A stretch of DNA of 64,000 nucleotides from Candidatus Geocrenenecus dongiae (GCA_023267855.1 JALNLN010000002.1:11094-75093); one strand, 5' to 3'. Counted from the first letter of the stretch, positions 28,539 to 37,520 are shown. Program-made: numbers and translations. Notes: generated from the letters alone by a model not told the origin.

Positions 28539-28702
28539 ATCTCATTTAAATTCTTATTTACAGATAGTTAAAGATTACTATTTTTAGTTAGTAAAATATA
28601 GTAATCAAGTAAACGATACGGTTTGATTAAGAATTCCACTATCTTTTATAACAATAGCAAAAATCTTTCTATTCTATCATGTTGCTAATATATTGTAAAA
28701 AC

Positions 28703-28710
28703 TTATAAAT
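28703..28710 (+). promoter_or_regulatory. TATA-like box (TTATAAAT) about 26 nt upstream of GTG 28732
   Basis: The position fits a leaderless or short-leader archaeal promoter for the MoaD-like ORF. Confidence 0.35.
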
Positions 28711-28731
28711 TAGAAGTGTAGACATTGATTT

Positions 28732-29022
28732 GTGGGTAACAATCTTATTAGGCTCAGGATAGTCGGTATCACAGATCATACCATTGAAAGAATTCATAAT
28801 ATTAGTTCTGAGAGTTCTCTTTACGATATTCTTAAAGAAGTCCTGAAAGATCAAAGAAATATGCTTAACTATATATCAGAAAAACTTCTTGATGGAAGAT
28901 TGCTTTTAATTATTAATGGTCTTAGTGTCTACAGATTTAGCGATCTTAGATCTATTACAGTTAAACCTGGAGATGAAGTTGCAATTTTACCCGTAGTCTT
29001 CGGTGGATGTAAACAGCTATAG
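28732..29022 (+). CDS. MoaD/ThiS-family ubiquitin-like sulfur-carrier protein with a 4-residue extension after the Gly-Gly
   Basis: 96 aa with a GTG start. The C-terminus ...LLIINGLSV....VKPGDEVAILPVVFGG-CKQL matches the MoaD/ThiS beta-grasp pattern (..NG.....L.DGDEVAI.PPVSGG), but the protein does not end at GG. Confidence 0.6.
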   Translation: MGNNLIRLRIVGITDHTIERIHNISSESSLYDILKEVLKDQRNMLNYISEKLLDGRLLLIINGLSVYRFSDLRSITVKPGDEVAILPVVFGGCKQL

Positions 29023-29133
29023 TGTTCTTCTATTTAAGAGTTATCATTTTTTCAGGATATAGTATCTTCGGAGGATGTTATTAAAACATAATAGTTAAGA
29101 ATAGGATGCTGATTTAGCTATTGCTGGAAAGAG

Positions 29134-29361
29134 ATGAGTAAGCCTGCTAAGACTGAGCGTGTAGAAGAAGCTGTTCCAGCTGTAGTTGAGCAGATAGTTG
29201 GTAGAACAGGTGCTACAGGTGAGATAACTCAGGTAAGAGTTAGGATACTTGAAGGTAGAGATGCTGGTAGAGTTATAACTAGAAATGTTAAAGGACCTGT
29301 GAGGATAGGAGATATACTCATGCTCTTAGATACTGAGAGAGAAGCTGAGAGGATAAAGTAG
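29134..29361 (+). CDS. rps28e: 30S ribosomal protein S28e
   Basis: [49 protein letters not shown], 75 aa. Confidence 0.95.
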   Translation: MSKPAKTERVEEAVPAVVEQIVGRTGATGEITQVRVRILEGRDAGRVITRNVKGPVRIGDILMLLDTEREAERIK

Positions 29362-29383
29362 GAATTGTAGGAGGTTGATCTAA

Positions 29384-29575
29384 ATGCCTACCATACATAA
29401 ATGTTCTTTCTGTGGAAGAGAATTCATGCATGGGAAAGGAATGCTTTATGTAAAGAAAGATGGAACACTTCTCTGGTTTTGTTCAAGGAAATGTAGGGTC
29501 AGCATGGTAGAGTTTAAGAGAGATCCGAGGAAACTTAAGTGGACCACCTATTACGGTAAAGAAGTTAGAAAATAG
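29384..29575 (+). CDS. rpl24e: 50S ribosomal protein L24e
   Basis: [30 protein letters not shown] zinc motif, 63 aa, with GGAGGT upstream. Confidence 0.95.
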   Translation: MPTIHKCSFCGREFMHGKGMLYVKKDGTLLWFCSRKCRVSMVEFKRDPRKLKWTTYYGKEVRK

Positions 29576-29605
29576 GTTACATCAATATCTTCTAAAACAT
29601 TTTGA

Positions 29606-31336
29606 TTATTCGTGGCTTTTAATAAATATGTTTTCTTTTTCTGAATCTCTCCTGCAGAAACCAAATCTCTCAAACTGAACTATTTCACCATACCTTATAT
29701 CTATTATATTCGATTCTCCATAACCATCTATTATCTTTAAACTCTCATTGTTGATTTCTTCTTCATCTAGGTAAAGTGGCTCAGGAACAAGGACTCTGAC
29801 AGGAATATACTCTACTTTAGGTACCCATTGAATTATTTGTAGACTTTCTGAAGGTCCTCCTTCAACGTATTCACTTACCACTTTGTTATTGTTTAAATCT
29901 ATGTCTACGATCCTGAAGTTAGCTAGATACTTTAATCGGATGATTGTTCCAGGCTTAACCGTAGCTACATCTGATTTAGATATGTAGAAGATATTTGAGT
30001 ATCTAATTTTTCTGTATCCAAGTTCTTTATTGGTTGGATGATATGGTAGAGCTATTTCACCTGATTTTAAACCTTCTACTATAAGTTCTACTGGATCTGG
30101 GACGAAGAATAATCTCCTAGCCGTTGGATCAAGCACCCTCCTGTTGTATGCGTATAATAAACTCCAATCATACTCTCTCTTAACGTATGTAAAACCTGTT
30201 TGTGTAAGTGTAAATTCTCTTATAGCTTCAGGCATTATCCCTCTTCTAATCAACCCTTCTACTGTCGGAAATCTTGGATCATCCCAGCTAGACGCTAACC
30301 CCATCTCTATTATCTTTCTAAGCTTCCTCTTAGATACTGGCGTACCTTTAAACTCAAATCTAGAATACTCTATATAGTGTATCTCTCTATCCATTCCTAG
30401 AATTTTTCTGATGTAGTTCTGTAATTCATCTCTGAGAGCAAATTCACTTGTTCTTAGAACATGTGTTACGTTACATAGATAATCTTCAATAGCTACAGCG
30501 TAATCGTAGAGTGGCCACACAATATATTTTGAACCATGTAGTGGGTGAGGGTGTTTAACTATTCTGAATATTGAGGGGTCTCTCATAGTAGTATTAGTAC
30601 TTGACATATCTCCAAGAAGTCTAAGAACTGCCTCACCTTCTCCGTACTTTCCATCGAGGAGATTGTTCCAGAAACGGATATTCTCTTCTACACTATGATC
30701 TCTATGTTCACATTTTATTCCTTCTCTTCTATAAACTTTTATCTTATCTTGTTTACAGAAGCAAATATATGCGTAGCCTTTATTGATTAGTTTTTCTGCA
30801 TACTCGTAGAACAGCTCCATGTCATCACTATTGTTCTTTTCGTAATCCCATTCTATACCAAGCCATCTATACCCCTTCCTAAAACTTTCATAGTACTCTA
30901 ACTTTACTTTTCTGGGGTCTGTATCTTCAAATCTAAGCCAAATCTTACCATCATACATTTTTGCATAGACGTAGTTTAGGATACCGCTCATAGCATGACC
31001 TATATGCATATATCCACTCGGCTCTGGCGGTAGACGTGTAACAACTCTACCTCTAAGAGCATGAGGAAGTGGGGGGAGCTTCTTTTCTTCAACTTTAGGC
31101 TTATACTCTATTAGTTCTGGAGCGATTTCTTCTAGTAAAGCTTTCTGTTCATTTAAACTCATAAGGTTAACTCTAGCTACAACTTCTTCTACAATCTTGA
31201 CAATTTCTCTAGCTTTTTCTTTAAGACTAGGATCTTCTCTAATAACTTTAGATATAACAGCATTTTTATCAGCTTTACCTTGATAATCTAAAGCATTCTT
31301 TAAAGCCCATTTCAATATCTTCTTCTCTAACTCCAT
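29606..31336 (-). CDS. gltX: glutamate--tRNA ligase (archaeal type)
   Basis: PPEPSGYMHIGHA (HIGH) and VSKRKL (KMSKS-like) motifs, 576 aa. Confidence 0.9.
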   Translation of the reverse strand: MELEKKILKWALKNALDYQGKADKNAVISKVIREDPSLKEKAREIVKIVEEVVARVNLMSLNEQKALLEEIAPELIEYKPKVEEKKLPPLPHALRGRVVTRLPPEPSGYMHIGHAMSGILNYVYAKMYDGKIWLRFEDTDPRKVKLEYYESFRKGYRWLGIEWDYEKNNSDDMELFYEYAEKLINKGYAYICFCKQDKIKVYRREGIKCEHRDHSVEENIRFWNNLLDGKYGEGEAVLRLLGDMSSTNTTMRDPSIFRIVKHPHPLHGSKYIVWPLYDYAVAIEDYLCNVTHVLRTSEFALRDELQNYIRKILGMDREIHYIEYSRFEFKGTPVSKRKLRKIIEMGLASSWDDPRFPTVEGLIRRGIMPEAIREFTLTQTGFTYVKREYDWSLLYAYNRRVLDPTARRLFFVPDPVELIVEGLKSGEIALPYHPTNKELGYRKIRYSNIFYISKSDVATVKPGTIIRLKYLANFRIVDIDLNNNKVVSEYVEGGPSESLQIIQWVPKVEYIPVRVLVPEPLYLDEEEINNESLKIIDGYGESNIIDIRYGEIVQFERFGFCRRDSEKENIFIKSHE

Positions 31337-31426
31337 CTCCAGACATATTTATCCTAGACACGAAGATATAACATATATTTAGCTTCTAGCAGGCTTAAAG
31401 CGTAATGTATATGTATGAGCTAGATA

Positions 31427-31444
31427 CTGAGATATCGGAGATGA
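31427..31444 (+). promoter_or_regulatory. K-loop/K-turn-like element (CUGA-N7-GAGAUGA) in the L7Ae 5' leader, overlapping its GGAG ribosome-binding site
   Basis: CTGA at 31427-31430 and GAGATGA at 31438-31444. GGAG is at 31437-31440 and the ATG at 31451. Confidence 0.35.
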
Positions 31445-31450
31445 AGGCAC

Positions 31451-31828
31451 ATGCCTAATCCGAGTTATGTAACTTTCACACCTCCTGAAGAACTTATGAA
31501 AGCAACTCTAGAAATAGTTAAGATGGCTAGAGAAACAGGTAAGATAAGGAAAGGAGTAAACGAAGTAATAAAATCAATAGAAAGAGGGCAGTCAAAATTC
31601 GTCGTAATAGCTACAGACGTAGATCCACCTGAGATAGTTGCATTCCTGCCTCCACTATGTGATGAAAAGAAGATACCATATACATTCGTAGATTCCAAAA
31701 AGAAGTTAGGAGAAGCAGCAGGAATAAGTGTAGCAGCCAGTAGTGTATCCATAATAGATCCTGGAGCAGCTAAAGACTTCCTAGAAGAAATAATTAAGAA
31801 GATACAGGAGATAAGAGGACGTAAGTAA
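31451..31828 (+). CDS. rpl7ae: 50S ribosomal protein L7Ae (K-turn binding; C/D and H/ACA sRNP component)
   Basis: [44 protein letters not shown], 125 aa. Confidence 0.95.
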   Translation: MPNPSYVTFTPPEELMKATLEIVKMARETGKIRKGVNEVIKSIERGQSKFVVIATDVDPPEIVAFLPPLCDEKKIPYTFVDSKKKLGEAAGISVAASSVSIIDPGAAKDFLEEIIKKIQEIRGRK

Positions 31829-31863
31829 GATCTAGCATAGAGATGGTTTCTGAGGAAAAACTT

Positions 31864-32079
31864 CTATCCAGTTAAAATTCTCTGTTCTTTCGTTAATTCA
31901 GAAGTTACTAAGAGCTTAGCTCTAAAAGGTTTTGCTTTCATAATAACATTAAAACCACAGTAAGGACATCTAGTTTCTGCAACTCTTGAAAGTTTTTCTT
32001 TCTCGAAAATCTTGTTACACCAAACACATTGATAGAAGATCTTCCCTTCGGATCTAGTAGGGCTAGCCATAATCTTCAA
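31864..32079 (-). CDS. rpoP: DNA-directed RNA polymerase subunit Rpo12 (RpoP)-like zinc-ribbon protein
   Basis: YQCVWCNKIF....L.....RCPYCGFNVIMKAKP matches the RpoP zinc-ribbon pattern. It is longer than usual at both ends, and the start is uncertain (Met at 32079 or 32070). Confidence 0.6.
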   Translation of the reverse strand: MKIMASPTRSEGKIFYQCVWCNKIFEKEKLSRVAETRCPYCGFNVIMKAKPFRAKLLVTSELTKEQRILTG

Positions 32080-32245
32080 GAATGTTTAATCATACCACAA
32101 TTTTAATCTTTTCATTAGATGTCTTTATCTCTAAGATTTCTTTTCTCACCAACTCTAAGTCTTGATTCTGCAATTCTCTGGATCATACTTTCATTCAGTG
32201 AAAGGATCAAAAATATATGAAGTATTGATTATTTATTTATTGAAG

Positions 32246-33826
32246 ATGGTTTTATTTAGAGAGTTTGCAGAAGTATGTGAAAAACTTAGAGAGATTTCGG
32301 GTAGGAAGGATAAGATTTCTTTGATTATCCGTTTCTTTAGAGAGCTTAATGTAGATGAGGTTGAATGGGCTTCACGTTTCTTGATAGGTAGACCTTTACA
32401 CGAGTTTACTGATAAAGATTTAAACATTGGTTATGCAACGATTATGGAGATTTGGGATAACCAAGCTACTCTACTAGTAACTGAACCACCTACATTATTA
32501 GAAGTAGCAGAGACTTTCACAAAGATAGCTGAGATTGAAGGTCGAGGTTCTAGAGGGAAGAAAAGGAGTATTCTTTCATCTCTACTATCTAGAATGAGTG
32601 AAATTGAGAAAGAATGGTTTACGAAGATATTGATTGGAGAGATGCAACATGGTGTAAATGAAGGTGTCTTACTAGAAGCTTTAGCGGAAATGGTTAACGT
32701 TTCTCTAGATTCTATCCGGAGAGCATATATGCTTATTGGAGATATAGGTGAACTAGCTAAAATTGTTTTAGGAAGAGGTGGAGAAGGAATAGAATCTATA
32801 AAACTTTCACTATATAAACCTCTAAGACCTATGCTTGCTGAGCAGTGTGATAATCTGGATGAATTGTTTAGAGAGTCTAATGTAACGTATGCTGTAGAAT
32901 TTAAGGTTGATGGTGCTAGAGTACACATACATCTTGGCGGAGAAGGTGTGAAGATCTTTACTAGAAGATTGAATGAGATTACCCATAGTGCTCCAGATGT
33001 AGTAGAACAAGTGAAGAAGTATGTTAAACCATGTAAAGCTATTCTAGATGGAGAAATCATAGCTGTAGATAGTAGTGGTAGACCTCTCCCCTTCCAAGCA
33101 CTCTTAAGAAGATTTAAGAAAAAAGAGGAAAGAACCTCTACAAATGAAATCTCCTTAAAACTCTTCTTATTCGATATACTCTACCTAGATGGTAAAGAAT
33201 TGATAGATCTACCCTACGTTAAACGTTGGGAGATACTGGAGGAGGTAGCACATCCAGACATACTTATTCCTAGAAAGATCGTTAAATCTAGAAGAGAATT
33301 AGAAGAATTCTTAAAGAAAGCTATAAATTCTGGACATGAAGGGGTCATGGTAAAGAAACTTGATAGCGTATATAAGCCTGGCAGGAGAGAAGATCTCTGG
33401 CTTAAAGTAAAACCTGCGGATACACTTGACCTAGTTATAGTTGCGGCAGACTGGGGGTATGGTAGAAGAACAGGGTGGCTGAGCAATTACCACCTAGCTG
33501 CATACAATCCTGATACAGGTAGATATGAGGTAGTTGGAAAAACATTTAAAGGATTAACAGACGAGGAGTTTGAATGGATTACTAAGAAGCTTCTAGAATT
33601 AAAGATACGTGAGTACGGGTACACCGTCATAGTTAAGCCTGAGATAGTGGTAGAAGTAGCTTATAATGAAATACAGAAGAGTAGGAAGTACAGTTCAGGT
33701 CTAGCTTTAAGATTTGCTAGGATAACGAAGATAAGAACTGATAAGAAACCATATGAAGCTAGTACAATTCAAGAACTTAGAGAGAGATACATTAAACAGT
33801 TTGAGAAGAAGGCTGCTCTACTTTAA
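32246..33826 (+). CDS. lig: ATP-dependent DNA ligase
   Basis: Adenylation motif I (EFKVDGARV), motifs FDILYLDG, EGVMVK, LKVK and an OB-fold tail. The start is placed at MVLFREFAEVCEKL; the tracked TTG is 32162. Confidence 0.9.
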   Translation: MVLFREFAEVCEKLREISGRKDKISLIIRFFRELNVDEVEWASRFLIGRPLHEFTDKDLNIGYATIMEIWDNQATLLVTEPPTLLEVAETFTKIAEIEGRGSRGKKRSILSSLLSRMSEIEKEWFTKILIGEMQHGVNEGVLLEALAEMVNVSLDSIRRAYMLIGDIGELAKIVLGRGGEGIESIKLSLYKPLRPMLAEQCDNLDELFRESNVTYAVEFKVDGARVHIHLGGEGVKIFTRRLNEITHSAPDVVEQVKKYVKPCKAILDGEIIAVDSSGRPLPFQALLRRFKKKEERTSTNEISLKLFLFDILYLDGKELIDLPYVKRWEILEEVAHPDILIPRKIVKSRRELEEFLKKAINSGHEGVMVKKLDSVYKPGRREDLWLKVKPADTLDLVIVAADWGYGRRTGWLSNYHLAAYNPDTGRYEVVGKTFKGLTDEEFEWITKKLLELKIREYGYTVIVKPEIVVEVAYNEIQKSRKYSSGLALRFARITKIRTDKKPYEASTIQELRERYIKQFEKKAALL

Positions 33827-34118
33827 GTTTTTCTAAAATCTCTGAAGACACAGGGCTCTTCAAATATACTTTGCCTCTCCAGAATTGTCCTGGAAGAGGT
33901 TTGACGAATCTAGCTCTCACCTTTCCTTTAACACCGTGAGGTTTAAGAATTCTACCACGAATCTTTACATAGTTATCAACATACTCTACCTGAAGACCGA
34001 TCAACTGTAGAGCTTGCTCCTTACTCTCTATAGATGGGAAATCAATTATGTAGTCTCGTTTCTTCTTACTTCTACCACTCTCACGAAATCTTTCAGCAAT
34101 AACGTAACCGAATAACAT
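33792..34118 (-). CDS. rpl35ae: 50S ribosomal protein L35Ae
   Basis: HGVKGKVRARFVKPLPGQFWRGKVYL matches the L35Ae C-terminal signature (HG.SG.VRA.F...LP). Its 3' end overlaps the convergent ligase gene by 35 nt. The start could be 34130 or 34118. Confidence 0.75.
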   Translation of the reverse strand: MLFGYVIAERFRESGRSKKKRDYIIDFPSIESKEQALQLIGLQVEYVDNYVKIRGRILKPHGVKGKVRARFVKPLPGQFWRGKVYLKSPVSSEILEKLKVEQPSSQTV

Positions 34119-34257
34119 GTCTAAATTCATATCTTTTAAAAGAATTCATAAACCTTTTGATAAGTTCTCTCATAAACTACCTATGTATTCTCTATAGATA
34201 TAACCTACTCTAGAAAGAAGGTATAGTTTTATCTGGTGGTTTCTAGGGGAAGATGAG

Positions 34258-34821
34258 ATGGAGATGAATAAGTTTATACTTGGGTTAAGCTCAGCTTTAG
34301 CCATCTTGACTTTAGGTTCCATATTTTGTATACGTAATATAGTTTGGGGCAGCGTTCCTCTACAAGTTGGATTAATGCTATTTATCAGAGAAGGTTATAG
34401 TTTGTTGATTATTCCTCTCTCATCAGCTTTAGGTGCTCCTTCTCTGGGAGGTGGAGTATCTCCAGGGATTTGGCCATTATTAATATGGATCTTTACGGCT
34501 TTCTTTATAGGATTTATGATACACGAGCCAGGTACATCAGCTAGAATAATCTTAACTTCAGCTATGATAGTATTCGCCAGCTGGATTTTCTCTGTTTTCA
34601 TTAGCTACCCACTACTTTTAGATAACTTAACATGGATGAGCTTCATAGATAAGGTTATGTCAGACTTACTATTCTATAGATTGTTAGACATAATCTTCCT
34701 AATGGTTATCCCACCTATAGCATCCTCCATCTTCTCGCTCCTACCATTAGTATTCTCAAAACTAGCCAGTAGATCTAAAAAAGAAAAGGAACAACTTTAC
34801 GAAGAAGATCTATTCATCTAG
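34258..34821 (+). CDS. integral membrane protein, unknown function
   Basis: 187 aa with about five hydrophobic helices and a charged C-terminal tail. Confidence 0.6.
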   Translation: MEMNKFILGLSSALAILTLGSIFCIRNIVWGSVPLQVGLMLFIREGYSLLIIPLSSALGAPSLGGGVSPGIWPLLIWIFTAFFIGFMIHEPGTSARIILTSAMIVFASWIFSVFISYPLLLDNLTWMSFIDKVMSDLLFYRLLDIIFLMVIPPIASSIFSLLPLVFSKLASRSKKEKEQLYEEDLFI

Positions 34822-34885
34822 AAGTTTATCCAAAATATGGGAAGAATGAAAAATAAGATTTTGGGTAGTGTATTGTAGTTCCTAC

Positions 34886-35020
34886 TTAAGCTGGAACTTC
34901 TCCTGTGGGTGCAGCTTTAGCTGCAGGCTTCTTTGCTCTCTTTACTTTTCTTGCTGTTTTCTTCTTTGCTGCCTTTTTCTTTGCTGCCTTCTTCTTTGGA
35001 CTTTTCTTTCTCGAACCCAT
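34886..35020 (-). CDS. untracked 44-aa Lys/Ala-rich basic mini-protein
   Basis: My translation reads MGSRKKSPKKKAAKKKAAKKKTARKVKRAKKPAAKAAPTGEVPA*. ATG is at 35020 and the stop at 34886-34888. GGTG lies about 10 nt upstream, and TATA-like TTAAATAT and TTTTTATA lie further upstream on the same strand. The ORF is locally less AT-rich than the flanking spacer. Confidence 0.45.
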   Translation of the reverse strand: MGSRKKSPKKKAAKKKAAKKKTARKVKRAKKPAAKAAPTGEVPA

Positions 35021-35162
35021 TCTTCTACACACCATCATATTTAATATCGTTTTAGTTGTATAAAAATTTTCGGGTAAATTGATAGATGAAGTTACCAGTT
35101 ACAATAAAGCGAATGATATTAGTATATTAGTAAGCTATGTTATAGTAATGGTGGTGCTGAAG

Positions 35163-35492
35163 ATGTCGGAAGTAGATATAGCTGAGTTTAAACGAATTGA
35201 TTTACGGATTGGACGGGTTATTCAAGCAGAGAGAGTGAAAGGTTCTGATAAATTGATAAAGATGATAGTTGATTTTGGAGGTGTGAAGAAGCAGGCGGTT
35301 GCAGGTCTTGGCCATATTTATGATGCAGAACACTTCGTAGGTAAACTTTTCGCATTTGTATTCAATCTTAAACCAAAGAAGATTAGAGGAGAAATATCTG
35401 AATGTATGATACTCGCAGCTACAGCTAGTGAAGAAAACATCGTTCCACTCATACCAGAGAAACCTATACCAGAAGGATCACCAATAACGTGA
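35163..35492 (+). CDS. tRNA-binding domain protein (Trbp111/CsaA-like)
   Basis: FKRIDLRIGRVIQAERVKGSDKLIKMIVDFGG...ECMILAA matches the OB-fold tRNA_bind domain. The start is placed at MSEVDIAEFK, with GGTGGTG upstream. Confidence 0.8.
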   Translation: MSEVDIAEFKRIDLRIGRVIQAERVKGSDKLIKMIVDFGGVKKQAVAGLGHIYDAEHFVGKLFAFVFNLKPKKIRGEISECMILAATASEENIVPLIPEKPIPEGSPIT

Positions 35493-35580
35493 AGATTGGT
35501 TCTTAAGTCTTGAGAATGCTACTATAAGCCCCCCAAGGAAATAGAAAAAAATAAGTAAGCATGCGTAAGATTATGGAGGA

Positions 35581-36882
35581 TTGGGTGTGCATAAGACTAT
35601 CAGTGTAAGAGAAGTCTTTGATCTAGAAGATGGTTCAGAAATAGAACTGGTAGGCTGGGTTAGATCAAAGAGAAGTCATGGGAAACTAGTATTCATAGAT
35701 CTTAGAGATTCTACTGGGGTAATCCAGGTAGCTGTTAAATATGGTTTAACTAATTCAGAGAGTTTTCAGAAATCTTTAGAAGCCAAGATAGAATCCGCAG
35801 TCAGGATTAGAGGAAAGGTGAAGAAGGATCCTAGAGCACCTGGAGGAGTTGAGATACAATGTAATAGTCTAGAAATATTGAGCCAGAGCTTAGATGATTT
35901 TCCTATAAGAAAGGGTGTTGGATTAAAGTTCCTTTTAGATAATAGGCACCTACATCTTAGAAGCCCGAGGGTTGGAGCTATAATGAAGATTAGAGCTGAG
36001 TTGATAGATGCTGCACGTAGATGGCTAAAGGAGAATGGTTTCATAGAGATCAATTGTCCAACCTTCATAACAGCGGCCGTTGAAGGTGGTGCAACACTCT
36101 TTAAAGTAGATTATTTTGGGAAGACCGTATATTTAACTCAAAGCGTCCAGTTTTATCAAGAAGCTGCTATATACTCTCTAGAGAAAGTTTACAGTCTCCA
36201 GCCAAGTTTTAGAGCAGAGATGAGTAGAACTAGGAGACATCTAACAGAATTCTGGCATCTAGAAGTTGAAGTAGCTTTTGCAGATCTATGGAGTATAATG
36301 AAGGTAATAGAAGAACTTTTGTATAACATGGTCAAGAGTGTATGTGAGAAATGCCGAGAGGAATTAAAGATTCTGGGTAGAGAGATAAAACCAGAATTAG
36401 CCGAACCCCCATACCCTAAAATAAAGTATGCTGAAGCTTTAGAGATCTTGAGGAGAAAGAATATAGAGTTAAGATGGGGGGACGATTTCGGGGCAGATGA
36501 AGAAAGAGAACTCTCCCTAGAATTTGATAAACCCTTCTTCGTAACACACTACCCAAGAGAGAGTAAAGCATTTTACCATATGCCTGATCCTGAGAATCCT
36601 TCAGTGTGTTTAAACGCAGACTTGCTTGCGCCTGGAGGTTATGGAGAGATAGTAGGAGGTGGACAGAGAATACATGACTACAACCTGCTGGTAGAAAGGA
36701 TAAGAGAGAACGGGCTCAATCTTGAAGACTATAAATGGTATCTAGATCTAAGAAAATATGGAAGTGTACCCCATAGTGGTTTCGGAATGGGGATAGAGAG
36801 AGTATTATGGTGGCTTCTAAAACTCCCCCACATCCGTAGCGCATGCCTCTTTCCTAGAACACCCGCAAGAATATATCCATAA
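35581..36882 (+). CDS. asnS: asparagine--tRNA ligase
   Basis: Class II motifs FRAEMSRTRRHLTEFWHLEVEVAF (an EFW..E.E pattern that I associate with AsnRS rather than AspRS) and GFGMGIERV...FPRTP, 433 aa, TTG start. Confidence 0.75.
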   Translation: MGVHKTISVREVFDLEDGSEIELVGWVRSKRSHGKLVFIDLRDSTGVIQVAVKYGLTNSESFQKSLEAKIESAVRIRGKVKKDPRAPGGVEIQCNSLEILSQSLDDFPIRKGVGLKFLLDNRHLHLRSPRVGAIMKIRAELIDAARRWLKENGFIEINCPTFITAAVEGGATLFKVDYFGKTVYLTQSVQFYQEAAIYSLEKVYSLQPSFRAEMSRTRRHLTEFWHLEVEVAFADLWSIMKVIEELLYNMVKSVCEKCREELKILGREIKPELAEPPYPKIKYAEALEILRRKNIELRWGDDFGADEERELSLEFDKPFFVTHYPRESKAFYHMPDPENPSVCLNADLLAPGGYGEIVGGGQRIHDYNLLVERIRENGLNLEDYKWYLDLRKYGSVPHSGFGMGIERVLWWLLKLPHIRSACLFPRTPARIYP

Positions 36883-36925
36883 CATAAGTACGACATATTT
36901 TTTACGATGAAGATGAGGCTCCTCT

Positions 36926-37498
36926 ATGAACCAGGTTTACGAACCCTCTGAAGATACATATCTGCTCTTGAAATACCTAGACAACCTCACTTCTTCTAAA
37001 AGAGTTTTTAAGAGAAGCCTAGAGATAGGTAGTGGGAAAGGACTGATTACCGAGAAACTTTTAGAAATATCTGAAGAAGTCTATGCCATAGATATAATGT
37101 ATCAAGCGTCTAAAGAAACGTTGAGAAGGATTGGAAAATCTAGTAGAAAGAATGTATGCCATATTGTGTGCGGAGATCTGTTAACGATGTTTAGGAAATC
37201 TGTTTTCTTCGATCTAATAATCTCTAATCCACCATATCTTGAACCTGAAGATCTAGGAGACGTAACGATAGAAGGTGGATCAGGATTTATCAAGAGATTA
37301 ATAAAAGAATCTCTACAACATCTTAAGCAAGGTGGACTCCTAGTATTTGTAGCCTCACCACCTTCAGGAACCACCAATAAATATTTTTTTATAAAAGATC
37401 TTATAGAAGAAGAGCTAACTATTAATATAGCTTTATCTAGACGTTTATTCTTTGAAGAACTTGTTGTTTATGAGATCGTTAAGAACTATTCATGTTGA
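36926..37498 (+). CDS. HemK/Mtq2-type N5-glutamine methyltransferase
   Basis: VYEPSEDTYLL N-terminus, SAM motif LEIGSGKG and catalytic NPPY (ISNPPY), 190 aa. Confidence 0.75.
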   Translation: MNQVYEPSEDTYLLLKYLDNLTSSKRVFKRSLEIGSGKGLITEKLLEISEEVYAIDIMYQASKETLRRIGKSSRKNVCHIVCGDLLTMFRKSVFFDLIISNPPYLEPEDLGDVTIEGGSGFIKRLIKESLQHLKQGGLLVFVASPPSGTTNKYFFIKDLIEEELTINIALSRRLFFEELVVYEIVKNYSC

Positions 37499-37520
37499 AG
37501 ATGTTTAAGAGGTATAGTCT

